DNA from: Entomortierella parvispora E1425
Taxonomy: Eukaryota > Fungi > Mortierellomycota
Length of the DNA stretch: 64,000 nt
NCBI GenBank assembly: GCA_020891255.1
Contig: BQFW01000005.1
Location: forward strand, 1,364,001-1,428,000
Reading direction: 5' to 3'
This document shows, piece by piece, positions 10,360 to 22,989 of the stretch (the stretch's first letter is position 1; every line of letters begins with the position of its first letter). The notes under the pieces are model-generated. The model saw only the letters and a program-made list of their open reading frames with translations, ran no database searches and had not been told where the DNA came from. A program made the position numbers and the translations under genes.

Positions 10360-12923
10360 GCATCGCCATCATGGCCACCAACACTACCATAAGGGGGAAT
10401 GGCATGTTCCGGGGAAAAGGAGGCTAAAACCAAGCTAGAGTTGAACTCTGTCGTGGGTTCTTCATACATCCATGACATATCAGTCTCACTTAAAAATTCA
10501 TCCTCGTCGTCGTCATCCTCATCGTCGTGCTCTGCCCACTGCAGCTCCTTCTACAACTCGATGGTCATACGCATCGCAGCCTAACATACAATGGAAAGTG
10601 AACAAATTGTTATATATATGCACAGCACTCAAATCACCTAGAGATAAATCCTTGAAATCCAGGAATGTGGGGGGGAGGATATACGTACTCTTATTTGCAA
10701 GATTCTGACCAGGCCTAGGAACTGGGACAGAAGACCACCCATCTCTGCTGGAAGAACATACATAGGTGACCGCTGCATCAGGCGCACATACGACGTGCAG
10801 TTTAGTGGACGCAACTGAATGGTAGTATATCCGCGGCCAAAAATGATAGGAGATCAAGAACAATCATTAGTTTGTCCGGTAATCAAGGACAAAGAATCGC
10901 ACCCTAGACTAATACCGAAGGAAAACTCAAGGAGTTGTGCACTCACCTCCAGTGTATCCGCCGAAGAAACGGCAGGTGTCCCTAAAAGCATACGGCACCT
11001 CACTCATTCTGTTCTGGGCGATAGCGACGGTCTCTCGAATGACAACATGCTCCACTCCCTTAAGGAACTTAGTTGAATTTGTGTCCCATGCGCGCATTCG
11101 CTCCACTACCATCCAGTCATGTTTCTGAATCTCATCGCGGCAAATAAGGGCCAGTCTTGTTGCTTGAAGGCCCCTCCGCACTGTGCTCGCGGCCCATGTT
11201 TTTCCTCCGAGACGAATCAATGCCACCCTTCTCGCCCGCCATCCACCATAAAGATGTCTTCCATATCATTCAACAAATCCAGCCATACTGGCCATGCTGA
11301 TCTTGCCCATCATGACTCTGAAAGATCCTCCACGATAAATGGCGATGGTTTCTTGGTGTACAGAAAATACCTATTGTGCATTAAAAACAATAAACAACAA
11401 GTCACCTTCACAACAGTCATTGTAAAAATAAAGAAAGCTTGCCATTCTACCGCCGTCTTCAGGGCCAGATGATAATCATACTGGTCTGCAGCGCTCGTCA
11501 TCAACTCCTGAGGTGTTGACATGCTGTGAGGGATGGCTGCCTTGCAGCATCCACTGCCGTAGACTATTCAGGTACCGAACGGTTGAACTCGAAACTTCAG
11601 CCAAGTCAAATGATGACTGCCCAGTGATCTCCTTCCACTCATCCTCAGAGAAGAGTGACTTTGTTGTCTGGCAAGAAAGGTATATCGTGTATGACTAATG
11701 CTATTAATACGAAATTTGAACGCAAGAATGAATCACCTTCTGTACTCAAAGACAACTAAACAGCTAGTTAGAAATTTCTTGCTTCATACCTGAAGAAACC
11801 CCGTGCTTGAGAGTTGCCTCGAACAGCACTTTCTCAACAGCTCGGCCTGTTGATCTCAGTCTCCACAAGCGACCGCTGTCTAGGAGCCTGAACCGTTCTG
11901 TACACCGTTGCTGGAGAACTCAATCGTTTGAACATCTTTGTTCGTCTTTCTAGCCCTTCCTCCCTTGCTTTTTCCTGCATCATCCAGATGCTCGGCGCTT
12001 CAAAGGTTGGATGTCTAGTGAACGAAAATAAATTGACAAAAACGAGTTAGAAGACAAAAGCACACAACCAGAGGCACAAAAATAAAAAAACCACTGGCAA
12101 ACAATGTGATCTGTTTATCGTCTGCTTTGGTCCCTTGAACTACATCGACAGGTTCCTGGATCACTCCTCCCCACTCTCCAGAACTGGCAGGCGCCTCAGC
12201 AGCAGACCGGTGTACAAGTCGACGTTAACGGGACTGCTTTACTAACAAATGTCATCATAGAACAAAAAATTTGGATGAGCAACAGGCACGACTGCAATGC
12301 TCCCACGACCCTCTATCTGGATTCACCACACACACCATTAAGTTCGCCTACTGACCTTCAGCATCAGACTGGGGAGGAATATGACTGCCTGATGAATTTT
12401 TCTTCGGTGAAAACAGTAGATTGTCAAAGTCATGCTTGCCATATGTCTCTTCCGCGCGACTCCGTGGAGGGGCTGACGCCAAGAACGAAGAAGAATGGCT
12501 GCCACCACTGGACATTCCTGCCCCACTGTCGGCGTTCAAACCACTTTTCTGCTGCACCTTCTCCTTGTACGATCCCACGGACTGCACTTTGATGCTCACA
12601 GCAAGGTCATCGGACACAACTTGAAGAGAGGAGCATGACTGCAAAAGTTCGAGCTGCTTCTGGCCACGGTTCGACTCACAGTATAGCAAAAAGGAGAAAC
12701 GCTGCCACTCAGACATGACCCGCACACCTTCCACATAGGCCTTGGTGTCGCCTCCGTTCTGAGCAGCATAGACTTCAGGCAACCACCGGTCCAGCATCTC
12801 ATCGTAAAAGAATTTATCCAAGTTGGAGGTTCTGCCTTTTATCAAAGGATGTGGTGAGTTGGTGTCGTATCTGGGTCTTTTGCTGATCGGTGTTAACGCT
12901 GTATCTGATAGTGGTACCAACAC
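10336..12923 (-). pseudogene. Multi-exon pseudogene of a Crinkler-like PD-(D/E)xK restriction-endonuclease-fold protein
   Basis: Spliced fragments DLSES*WARSAWPVWLDLL..., SSRRKN-like segment, LICRDEIQKHDWMVVERMRAWDTNSTKFLK, GGYTG|intron and an acidic tail. In-frame stops at 11310 and 10551, plus frameshifts. Confidence 0.5.
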
Positions 12924-14504
12924 GAGCGTTCTAGAACATCAAAAAAAACAAAGCAAAAGGAGTTGTTGATCTATGTTAAACGTCTACTGCAACATACACA
13001 CGTAAACTTCAAGCCAACGAGTGTACCTGTCCTGTGACCGTGGTACACCCAACACTACACCTGCGATGCACCTGTCCTGATGACAATGGTACACCGAAGT
13101 TGCATCTCCTGCAGCCCTGTGGCACATCAGGTGTGTAGGATCAGAGAAATTAGCAAACATTCTCGTCGCACCCTCACCAAGCACACTTGTTCGCAAACCC
13201 AACAATACAGAGTAGCCAACGCGATACACAAAACACGAGCGGGATGCACCTGCCCTGTTGACAACGGCACATCAACACGACTTTTCCTGCAGCCCAGTGG
13301 CACATCAGGAGTGTGTGGAGTTCATGGGAGTGGAGCATTTGATAAAAGCTTGCGGGGAGTTGGAGATTTTCTCATGACTCCTCGCGACATCATGCTCGTG
13401 GCAAATAGCTACAGTTACCTTGCTCTGAAACTGGCTGGATACAATCGGCGTGTAAGAACAATGCAAAGAGAGAGAAGTAGGGAAGCGAGAGAAGGGCAAA
13501 TATTGGTAAGCGTGTGGGCTTGGAGAGATGACGACAGGGTAAAGGTGGCGAGTGTGAGGATGAAGCAAAGGTGAATGATGTGGGGGGTGTGCGTCTGAAA
13601 GCAGCAAATTCCAGGCAATAATTACGTCCGCTGCCCTTGGGCCTGAATCAAGGCCAACACCAAACATTCCTAGGAAATCTAGATACCCAGGATAGTAGGC
13701 GTGCCCATTCCCAATGTCCACAAGGCCCTTCCCCATTTGGTACGACATAGCTGGCACAGGCGGACAATTCTCCCACCGTGGACACGGAGCCACTTCCACG
13801 CATTGATGATGCGACTCCGGTTTGCGGGAGGTTTGTCGCATCCTGAACGGACGAGTTCATGCCTACGTTGAAGTTAAGTGATAAACTTGATCGGTAGATC
13901 GAGACATGTCCATTGATGCACGGAAAGGACAGGACTGACCACGCACGACGGGCATCAAGGAACTAAAAGGCACGACCCGACACAGGCATCAAAAATCGTT
14001 CCAGTACAGCCCTCTGAGCGCCACTGGGGCGTTTTCTTCAAAGACAAGATTGCTATGCTCATCCATTCGTCGTAGAGGGTTCCCTCTGTTTTCATTGACA
14101 AAGGCCATCTATTTGACATGTACAGAGAGTTAACATAAATAGACACCTTCTGTTTTTGTTTTTTATACAAAAACACAGTCTACAACCCTGGACGAGAAAC
14201 ACATGCCCATTCCAATGATTTTGGGGAATTGCCTTTTTTTTTGTGCGTTCCGTTCCGGTTTCCTTTTTGGGCCATTTTACTGTAGCTCCGTTTTTTTTGT
14301 TTTTTCCCCCCAACTACTACTATTGTGCGTTTCAATAATTTTCCTTTTTTTTTTATTAAATTAAACTTCGATTAGCACTAAACCCATTTTTTTGTTGGGA
14401 CTAAAATATTCTTTAATCCCAGGAAACAAGCCACAAAACTAATTATTTCTCTGGCGCCTCATGCACTTTTTTTTTTGTCTTCCATTCTTGACCATTCTTC
14501 TCAC

Positions 14505-16072
14505 ATGGCACGCTCAACCCGTTCACATCCATTACCATTGCTTCAGACCACATTACCAGTAAGGAAGAGACAAAGGACCTCTTCTGCCCCTGGTACTGTA
14601 GGAGCTGCCCCTACTGTCACTACCGCCCCTACTGTCACTACCGCCCCTACTGCCAGTGCTTCCGTTGCCTCTACTTCCTCTCTCGCAGCCCCTGGCCCAG
14701 CTACCTCTTCTGTTTCCACTGTCACTACAATTCATCCTTCTACAGCAGATGACCGTCCTCTTGCAACTGAGGTGAACGATGCAAATATTGATGCTTCCAG
14801 CTTGGGGCCTCCCATACCTTCCTCTCGACTTGACAAAGGGAAAAGCAGGGCACTACCTGAACCTGAGCGTATCTCTCCGCCGACTTATCTCGAGTCAGGT
14901 AAATAGGACTTTACTATAGTCGTCGTTGTTCTTGCGATTTCTCTAAAGCTCCACACTCCATCATAGTACCAGCGCCAGATATCGGATCATCATCAAGAGC
15001 AGGTTTCAATCCGAATGCAGCCCTAGAACCCAGTTTTGAAGATAGTATTGACCTTCGGGAAACAGAGGAGGCAGAGCTGGATATATTCGGAAACCCATTG
15101 TTTCCTGCACCTTCACAGCGATCAGCCACATCACCTTCACAGCGATCAGCTACATCACCTTCACAGCGATCAGCCACACCTGTTGTACCAGGGGCACCCG
15201 TGGTACCAGATCGGATCACCATCGTCCTCCACTATCGCATTGGTGCCCCTCTTCAGCAGACGCGCCCGCGGAAAAATCTACCTGGGCCATCGCCCATCCT
15301 CTATTCTTGGGGCGAAGATAACTACGATGTCCTTTGCTCGAAGATTCGGCGAAAAGTAGAGGATATTCCACATGCTGCGAATGTGGAATGGAAACGAGGA
15401 TCCCATCCGTATCTGCAGCCCCACAACACGGCGACAGCAAATCACTATGTCAAAATGGACAACAATAATTGTAACGCCTCTTTGCGGAAAGCGTGGCAAA
15501 AAGAGTTCCGCAGGACAAGTAATCAAGACCTTATCTGCAGTGTCTATGTCTACCTGCAGGAAAAGCAAGTAGTTCCAACAGGAGCTACAGGAGCTACAGG
15601 ACCAGCTGTGGCTGCTGTACCTCCAGGACAGCAGTTTCGAAGAGCAACACAGAATCGTATTATGACACAAACCGCCATCATTCAACAGCAGCCGGATTTG
15701 CAACATTTGGGGCCCATTGAGACAGCTCATCTTGCTCGAACTACAGCCCGTCTAGCACCCTCCAATGCACCTATCACCGTCCCTTCGACAAACACATTCA
15801 GACAAATGAGACACCTTGATCAACAAGGGGCTTCTCTTCGTCAGCGCCAAGAACAAGCAGCTGAGGTGGAACAGCAAGTATGGAGGACGGTGTCAATTCG
15901 AGTGGCAGGGCTGGTTTGGCAAATTGAGATAAGTGCCAAGGAATTTCGTGATTCGATGGGACTACCTGATATGGACCTTAATGGGCTTGCAAATTTTCGG
16001 GAAGCCGAGATCAACGGACCACAGAATGACATGGAGGATGTTGACCATCCTGAAAGTGATGAAGACCAGTAG
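14505..16072 (+). CDS. Unknown protein, 2 exons (14505-14898, 14949-16072), tail-to-tail with a transposase
   Basis: The GT..AG intron joins the Thr/Ser-rich ORF to the 15098-16072 ORF in frame. Internal tandem repeats (APTVTT, PSQRSATS x3) and a structured C-terminal half ending ...EFRDSMGLPDMDL. Confidence 0.65.
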
Positions 16073-16084
16073 ACAAAATGATAT

Positions 16085-17151
16085 TTAATCCCTCAAGTTC
16101 AGCTGTCCTCTACGATATCCACATCTTTCCATGAGGCTCACAGGTAGAGTGTTTTCGGTGCACAGGGGCAGAGCTACATCAAGCACCAGCTGCGGTTCAT
16201 AACGAAAAGCAAGATTGGCATAGTCTTTGACATAGCCTTTCAAAAGCGCGAATGCGTTTTCGATTGGATTGATATGAGGGGAATAAGGAGGGAGATAGAA
16301 TAATAAAGCACCTCTGGATGCAATCGCCTCCTCAAGCTCCTTGTACATATGGATCCTGGCGTTATCCATGATTACAATGGAGTTGGGCATTGGGTACATG
16401 TTGAGGTGAGGTACAATTGTAGAGACAAAAGCGTCGTGGAAACGCTGTCTTGAAAATGTCCCTGCTGTATGCTTCCAGGCTAAAAATCCGGACTTGTTGT
16501 ATGCAGCGATAGTTGAAGTTCGCTGCCCTCGCTGGAATGGAATATCGACAACTGCAGGTGTCCCCATTAGGGAATACGCGTACTCTCGCACTGCAGATCT
16601 CCCATCCATGGCAGTCTCGTCAATAAAAACGAGCTGTTCTGGATAGAGGTAAAACGGAGACAACCTGAACAAGAAGTCCGTACGCTCTTGCGGAATGGCC
16701 TCGCGTGCACGCTTCTCCATTTTCTTCCTCGTTAACTTGAGATCATGTCTCAGGGCACGGCAGATGGTTGAAAGCGACGTGTTACTGAGTTGGGGGAAGT
16801 TTTCTCGCAAGTCTTCTTGTAGCTCTTTTAGGTAAAGACAAGGATGCTCAGAGACATACTGCTTCACATGGTCATTAACCTCCTTTGGCCAGCGAGGAGA
16901 GGGTGAATCTGAGGGATCTTTAGTATCCTCTACGTTTCCATGACTATTGAAGAATCCTAGAAAAGAAAATGGCACTATCAACAACACAGAAATAATGAAG
17001 GATTGGTTACCACAACAAAAGTTGATTTACTTGTCCACTTCTTGACACTGTCTCGGCTAACACCAAGAAACCAAATTATGGTTTCCATGGGGACACCACC
17101 ATAATTGAAAAGAATAACAGCTCTCCATCGTATATCTGCCGACTTTGTCAT
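16085..17151 (-). CDS. IS630/Tc1-like DD34E transposase, 2 exons
   Basis: Exon 1 MTKSADIRWRAVIL...LGVSRDSVKKW (HTH) is spliced to FFNSHGNV... Catalytic FIDET, MDNARIH and PPYSPHINPIE, with 34 residues between D and E. Confidence 0.9.
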
Positions 17152-17487
17152 TGTCAAAATAAGGAGTGAGGGGAAAGTGGTGTGAGTGGCAGAGCAGAGG
17201 CAAGGTGGTGAGAAAACAGATGGAAAGAAAATCCCCCGCTAATAGCCACCTCGTTCCAGATCACTCTGCCAAAAACATTGTCTTTTTACCGAAAAAAAAG
17301 AGTAGAAACGCAATGTTATTGTTCTGAAAGGCTCTAACTAGACCACTCTCGACAGCAATAGTGTCGTTGCTATAGATTGAACGAGGTGTATATAGGAATC
17401 AGTAGGAAAAAGAATATCAAATTTTACTGGGTTTAGGCACCGTCACTAAAACTAATCTGTGAAAACTAAAAATAAAACTGGAGTTGG

Positions 17488-17625
17488 TATTTTTCAGAGT
17501 CCGAGTAACTCGATTTTTATTAATTTTTTAAGATTTCCAGGTGCAAAGCACAATATTATTTTTCAGAGTCCGAGTAACTCGATTTTTATTAATTTTTTAA
17601 GATTTCCAGGTGCAAAGCACAATAT
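17488..17625 (+). repeat. Tandem duplication, 2 x 69 bp
   Basis: tatttttcagagtccgagtaactcgat...cacaatat repeated exactly; contains the palindrome CGAGT-A-ACTCG. Confidence 0.95.
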
Positions 17626-17739
17626 TAATACATGTAAAGAATTCTTTCTCCCCCCTAGTCTCGTCACCATCCCCTCCGCCGGTTCACAGGAGAGTCACAA
17701 GTGCTGACGCACCTGCCTTTTTTTGAAAACCGCGATGCA

Positions 17740-19534
17740 GTTTCTCTTTCTTCTTCCTCGCCAACAGTCAGTACTCACATGGACCGACCAGCAGCATGCA
17801 TCCATCCGGCTCAAGCGCGCCCGCTGCTCCGCCCTCGCCTACCGCATCGTCGACCTTGACCTCATGACCCGTGTTGACACGGATGCATCTGGCTTCTTCA
17901 TGGATAGTGCTGCTTCAAGTGGACCAACATGGAAATGCTCATCCGTCTTATTGCAATGCAACCAGCTGAGAACTAATCCTTCCATGTGCAGCAGCAACTA
18001 GCTGTCATTCATGCCCTGCGAACCTGGCGCCACTACCTCGATGGAACCATGTTCACCATCAACACCGACCATATCACATTTGTCAACAGGCCAACTGGAT
18101 GGTCGTTGCAGGAGCTTGACCTTGACTTCTACTAGCGAGGAGTTGACAATATCTGCCCGACGCCTTCTCCCGCCGATCAGACCACTTCGACCCTGATCCC
18201 ATTGAGATCCACAACCTCAGTCAGTCCCTGTCCCCCGACGTCCACGACCAGCTTATGCAGGACCGCTTTGTGTATTGGCCTCACTTCACCAATGACACTC
18301 AGCTCTATGTTCCGACCTGCGAAAAGTGCCAGAGGAACAAAGGATCGCAGGAGCGACCCGCTGGATTGTCCAACCCCTCCCCTCTCCTCCTCTCAGTGCT
18401 GGGACGTCGTCACCATGGACTTCATCCTCCCTCTTTCCCCCACAACCTCACAACTTTAACGCCATCGGTCTTTGTCGACAAGCTCACCAAGCTCGCGCAC
18501 TTTGTCCCCAGTACCACTTCCGCCACAGCCATCGATGTTGCTCATCAGTTCTTCGACAATATCTTCAAGTTACATGGCCTCCCCACATCCATCATCTCAG
18601 ATCGCGACACACGATTCACCAGCCGCTTCTGGCAGGAGTTGCACAAGCTGCTGGATGTGAAATTGGCTCTGTCTACAGCCTACCACCCACAGACGGAAGG
18701 ACAGACAGAGGTTACGAACAAGACGCTAAAGACTATGTTACGGGCCTTCGTTGACAACAAGCAGTCGAACTGGGACCAACTACTCCCCTCGCTAGAGTTT
18801 GCTTACAACAACGCCGTCAACGCTTCCACTGGATACTCTCCGTTCTTCCTCAGCACTGGCCAACACCCCCGCCTCCCCACAGCGCTTCTCAGTGTGCCGA
18901 GCAGCCCAGTCCCCACCGTCGACAGTGTTCTCACGGAGGAGGCGACGACGCCCATCCTTGCCCAAGATGCACTACAGCGCGCTCAGGATCACCAGGAAGA
19001 GCAGGCGAATAAGCGACGATGTAACGACAAATTCAAAGTCGGTGATAAGGTCTTGCTAAGCGCTACCAACATCATGATTCCCGCCGATAGCACTGACCAG
19101 CCGACAAACTGCGACCACAGTACCTTGGGCCATTCACACTGTTGGAACAACACTCACCAGTCACCTTCCGCGTTGAGTTACCTCCCTTTTACAAGATCCA
19201 CGACGTCTTTCCCCAGAATCTCTCGGGCCTCGAACAGTAGAGTATGAGGTCGAGGAAATTTTGAATTACCGTCGATTCCGCAGGCAACCTCAGTTCTTGG
19301 CTTCATGGAAAGGCTACGGCAGAGAGGCCGACGAATGGGTCCCACTGAGCAACTTAGACAACTGTGCCGACATGGTCCAAGCCTTTAAACAAGAACGTGG
19401 ACTTATTTTTTAAAAGGGGAAGGTGTGACAGTATGACATTAATACGGTGACATCACGCGGTCCTCGCCTATACAAGTTAATATTATCTAGCACTCAAATA
19501 AACATCACTTCTTGTCTCCAGTACTCCTATTGCA
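17740..19534 (+). mobile_element. Degenerate 3' half of a related chromovirus (RH-IN-chromo + PPT + 3' LTR)
   Basis: Nucleotide similarity to pol of the 616-5682 element (DTDASG, SDRDTRFTSRFW, SWKGY) with frameshifts. PPT aaaaggggaagg, then LTR 19424-19534 (TGTGACA...TGCA, 111 bp). Confidence 0.92.
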
Positions 19535-20716
19535 TACGCGTTTGTTTACCGTTTGGTGTTTTGTCATCTTATTGTTAAACTCTTCCAATAGGTTTCAGGG
19601 CAATGTCAAAAAAACCAAGATTCTTCGCGATTCAGCGGAACTTGAACTTAGGAACGGACGGCATCATGTCTCAGTCGCCTGGTAGTCAAGATATATAGAG
19701 GAGGGTCATGCGCGCCTTTATCTTCATTCAAACGTTTCTTCTTTCAACAGCAACACAGTGCAGGTCATCTAGTCCCAACAAGAAATTCTCAATATTTTTT
19801 CACCGAGAGGAAAGTGCACAATATCAGTCTTCTGAGGACGCTGTTCAAAAAACTAGTCCCCCTCTGCAAAGCTATGATTTCCGTTTTCCAAACAGACGAG
19901 TGAACGCCGAGGTTCAGTCGCCCAAAGTCCGGAAGTATTTTAGTCCAACATCCCTTTTTTCCCTCCCTCTCTTGAAATCTCCCTGACATCTTTTTTTTTT
20001 GTCCCTCAAGGGGAAGCAATTGAGGTTTTTTCTCTGCCCCTCGGAAGATCTTTTTTTCTGGCTCTCCCTGGCATATCGTTTCTTTGCCTCTCCCTGGTAT
20101 CTCTTACCTTGCTCCGTCTCCCTAACCTTTGTTCTGCTCTGTCTCTTTTGACCTTTTTTTCTCTCTGCCCCATGTTCCTTTCCTCCCTCCCATCTCTTTC
20201 CTTGGCTCTATCCCCTTGTCCTTTTCCCTCGGATCTGTCTCCTTGACCTTCTCCATGCTCTGTTTCCTTACGATATTTCAGAATTTTCTATCGTTTCCCC
20301 TACCCACCCAACTCATCTATTTGTCTCTCCCTCCTTATTCTATATCTTTTTCTTTGTCCCTCTTTCCGTATATAAGGAAGTCTCATGCGTACCCGGCGTC
20401 CTGCTTCAAACACCCATTTGATCCTATTGTATGTACCTCAAGACTCAAGCGACGCTCACAACAACCTCCGCAGGAACCATCACAAGCACTATCACAAGCG
20501 CCCCACCAACCCTCGCAAGAGCGCAGACTCCTTTCAAGAATTAACTGGACCATCCCCAAGCAAACCCACATAACTCGCCTCCTCCGCATATTTCACCCAC
20601 TCTCTTGTAAGGCTACATGTTACCCATGGTTTATTAAGGGACTTCGTTGGTAAAACATCTGACCAAGGACCAAAGTATCTTCACTCCTACTCTATAGCAG
20701 TGTTTGATTTTTAAAA

Positions 20717-21076
20717 ATGATCAAGCTCGCCATCTTTATGGTTTTCGCAATCCTCGCACATGTTGTAAGCTCCCAGGTGGTTGTGACAATGTACGAATTT
20801 GACAACCAATCTTATGTTTCAAGAAGGTCTTCAATGTTCCAGTACATTGCCACTTGGGATCCTAACAAGTTGAGGGAATATGTGAGATATGTCACCCAAG
20901 CCCACTGCGGCAATAGGAGAGAATATAAGACCGGTGCCAACTATATCACGTACGATTTAATGCGGTGCGGAGATTTTGCGGGAGCCAGTTGTGAAAGCGT
21001 AGCTGCTCACTATAGGAGAATGATGCCCTCAAATGCAACCCAGACATTTTTTGTTTGTAACCCCTTGCCAAAGTAG
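20717..21076 (+). CDS. Small secreted protein (119 aa, 4 Cys)
   Basis: Signal peptide-like MIKLAIFMVFAILAHVVSS, intronless ORF, no recognised family. Confidence 0.75.
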   Translation: MIKLAIFMVFAILAHVVSSQVVVTMYEFDNQSYVSRRSSMFQYIATWDPNKLREYVRYVTQAHCGNRREYKTGANYITYDLMRCGDFAGASCESVAAHYRRMMPSNATQTFFVCNPLPK

Positions 21077-21664
21077 CACACATACTACTCTAGATACGAT
21101 TACAATACATTACATAAGTCGTCGCTCAAACACGCTCTTCCTGAACGAACATGACTGAGCTTGGAATATACACACTCCTAAGAGACTAAGATTAGTGCAA
21201 GTGAATAAATGATCGCAACGCGTCCTCGTAATTCTCTGCAGGAGGAGAGAAAGCGCCGACATCGAAGGATCTAAAAGCAACGTCGCTATGAACGCTTGGC
21301 TGCCACAAGCAAGTTATCCAGTTGTATGGCAGACTGATCTTTTCGGCATCTACTGTCGCTGGAGGAAGCGCGTCTTCGTTTTGTTGGAAATAAGCGGGAA
21401 GCCCATTCGACAGTTCCTAGGCAACATGGGGGACAGGAACTCGGTTGATTTCAAAATTAGTTGAGGCTGAGCCGAATGATGTCGCGACATAGGGGCACAC
21501 AAGGACTCGTACATACTTAAACAGAAGAGAGAGAGGCAACCGCAGGACACCATCTGGTGTGAATACTATAGGGTGGTTTGAGTCGCGCTGATGAACGTCC
21601 TGGACAAGAGGAGGTGCGTTTGTTTGTGCATTCCTCCTGTGCACATGTGGACCTCCTTTCTGTA

Positions 21665-22953
21665 CAGTGCAAATTCGAAGTTGTTTCAATTTTTGAAATA
21701 ACTTCGAATATCTCTATTCTATGGTCGATTTTAATTCAATCAAATATATACGAACTTAATTTTCGGGTCATTCAGCCAATGGAAATAGGCTTGGGAGGCC
21801 GTCACGTGTCGTTCCTTCGCGCCCATGGTCTCATCTCATCCCAAAAAAAAAACCTCATAATGCCTTTTCATCGGGAGACTCATGCTCGACACGACAACCA
21901 CGAGGACAACCACAACGACCACCACAACCATAGATGAAAATGGTCACTTAAAAAAGACAACTACCGTGGTTCTGACTGAGGACGTTGTCACAAGGGAAAC
22001 CATATACGATGGACGCGGCAACAAGGCCACAACGGTCATGACAACAGGAAAACAGACACAGGCACACAAAGGCAAACGCAAACTACCAGAAAGTTCCAAA
22101 CTGGATGGCGACTGTCAATCAAAGACGAGGCAGAAGTACTCCCGCAAGCCCATCTCGATGAGCCTGAAGGCGCGTTTTATTGAAGATGTCGAGGCCGCAA
22201 GACTGAAGGATCCAAAAACGTCTGTGTCATCAATTTGTCGCCAAGAACAGTACGGATTTACACCACAGGCAGGCAACAAAATTCTTGCGGAAGCGAAGAC
22301 TATCCTCAAAGAAGCTGAGCGTCTCGGAACAAACGCGCTTACGATGTTCAACAAATACAATCGTCGAATGGACATTGTCGAGCAGGTGCTTTACCTTGAT
22401 TTCAAAAATCAGCTCAAGTTAGGTACAATTTGACGCGCTTCCAGGAGTTTACCGCGACAGAACTCCCTTAGCTAATAATGTCGTATGTATGTGTGCCTGT
22501 TAGGATTACCTGTTAACGATAAGCGACTCCTGGAGATGGCCTTCTATACGTACATGGAGACTATGCCGCTCCTAAGATACAAAGATAGACCGGCTCCTTA
22601 CAATTTCTCCCCTGGCTGGCTTGCCAACTTCAAGAAGCGGTTCAACATCCGCATGCATGTAGGGCATGGGGAGGAAGGAGACGTTGATATGGTCAAGAAC
22701 GCACCGCTCTTCAAGGCAATTGCAGATGGTCTTACGGGTATCTCACCTCGAGACATCTACAATTGCGACGAGACAGGGCTGTATCTGAAGGCACTTTCTA
22801 ACAGGACCTTGTCAGACACGTCGGTCAAGGGCAAGAAGCTCATACGAGGCGCCAGAGTGTCCATTCTAGCCTGCTGTAATGCGGATGGGACCGACAAGCG
22901 CCCGTTGTTTGTACTGAGTAAGAGTCGCCGTCAATATTCGCTCTGTGCCTCAT

Positions 22954-22989
<36 letters not shown>

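Noticed and set aside
13305-14176. Possible 7TM/GPCR-like or KDZ-transposase relic
   Set aside because: Only scattered hydrophobic or Cys/His words across broken frames; no coherent motif order.
14300-17480. TIRs enclosing the Tc1-like transposase and its partner
   Set aside because: Only short motifs (tgcgtttc, ctaaaccca) match in AT-rich DNA; not enough to call as a feature.
8033-19534. 5' LTR at 8033 and 3' LTR at 19424 as ends of one nested element
   Set aside because: The LTRs are too divergent (127 vs 111 bp, block similarity only) and the flanks aacgg/tacgc are not a TSD.
20129-20653. 174-aa hydrophobic ORF upstream of the secreted gene
   Set aside because: It derives from a pyrimidine-rich low-complexity tract and has a non-ATG start; probably promoter or UTR.
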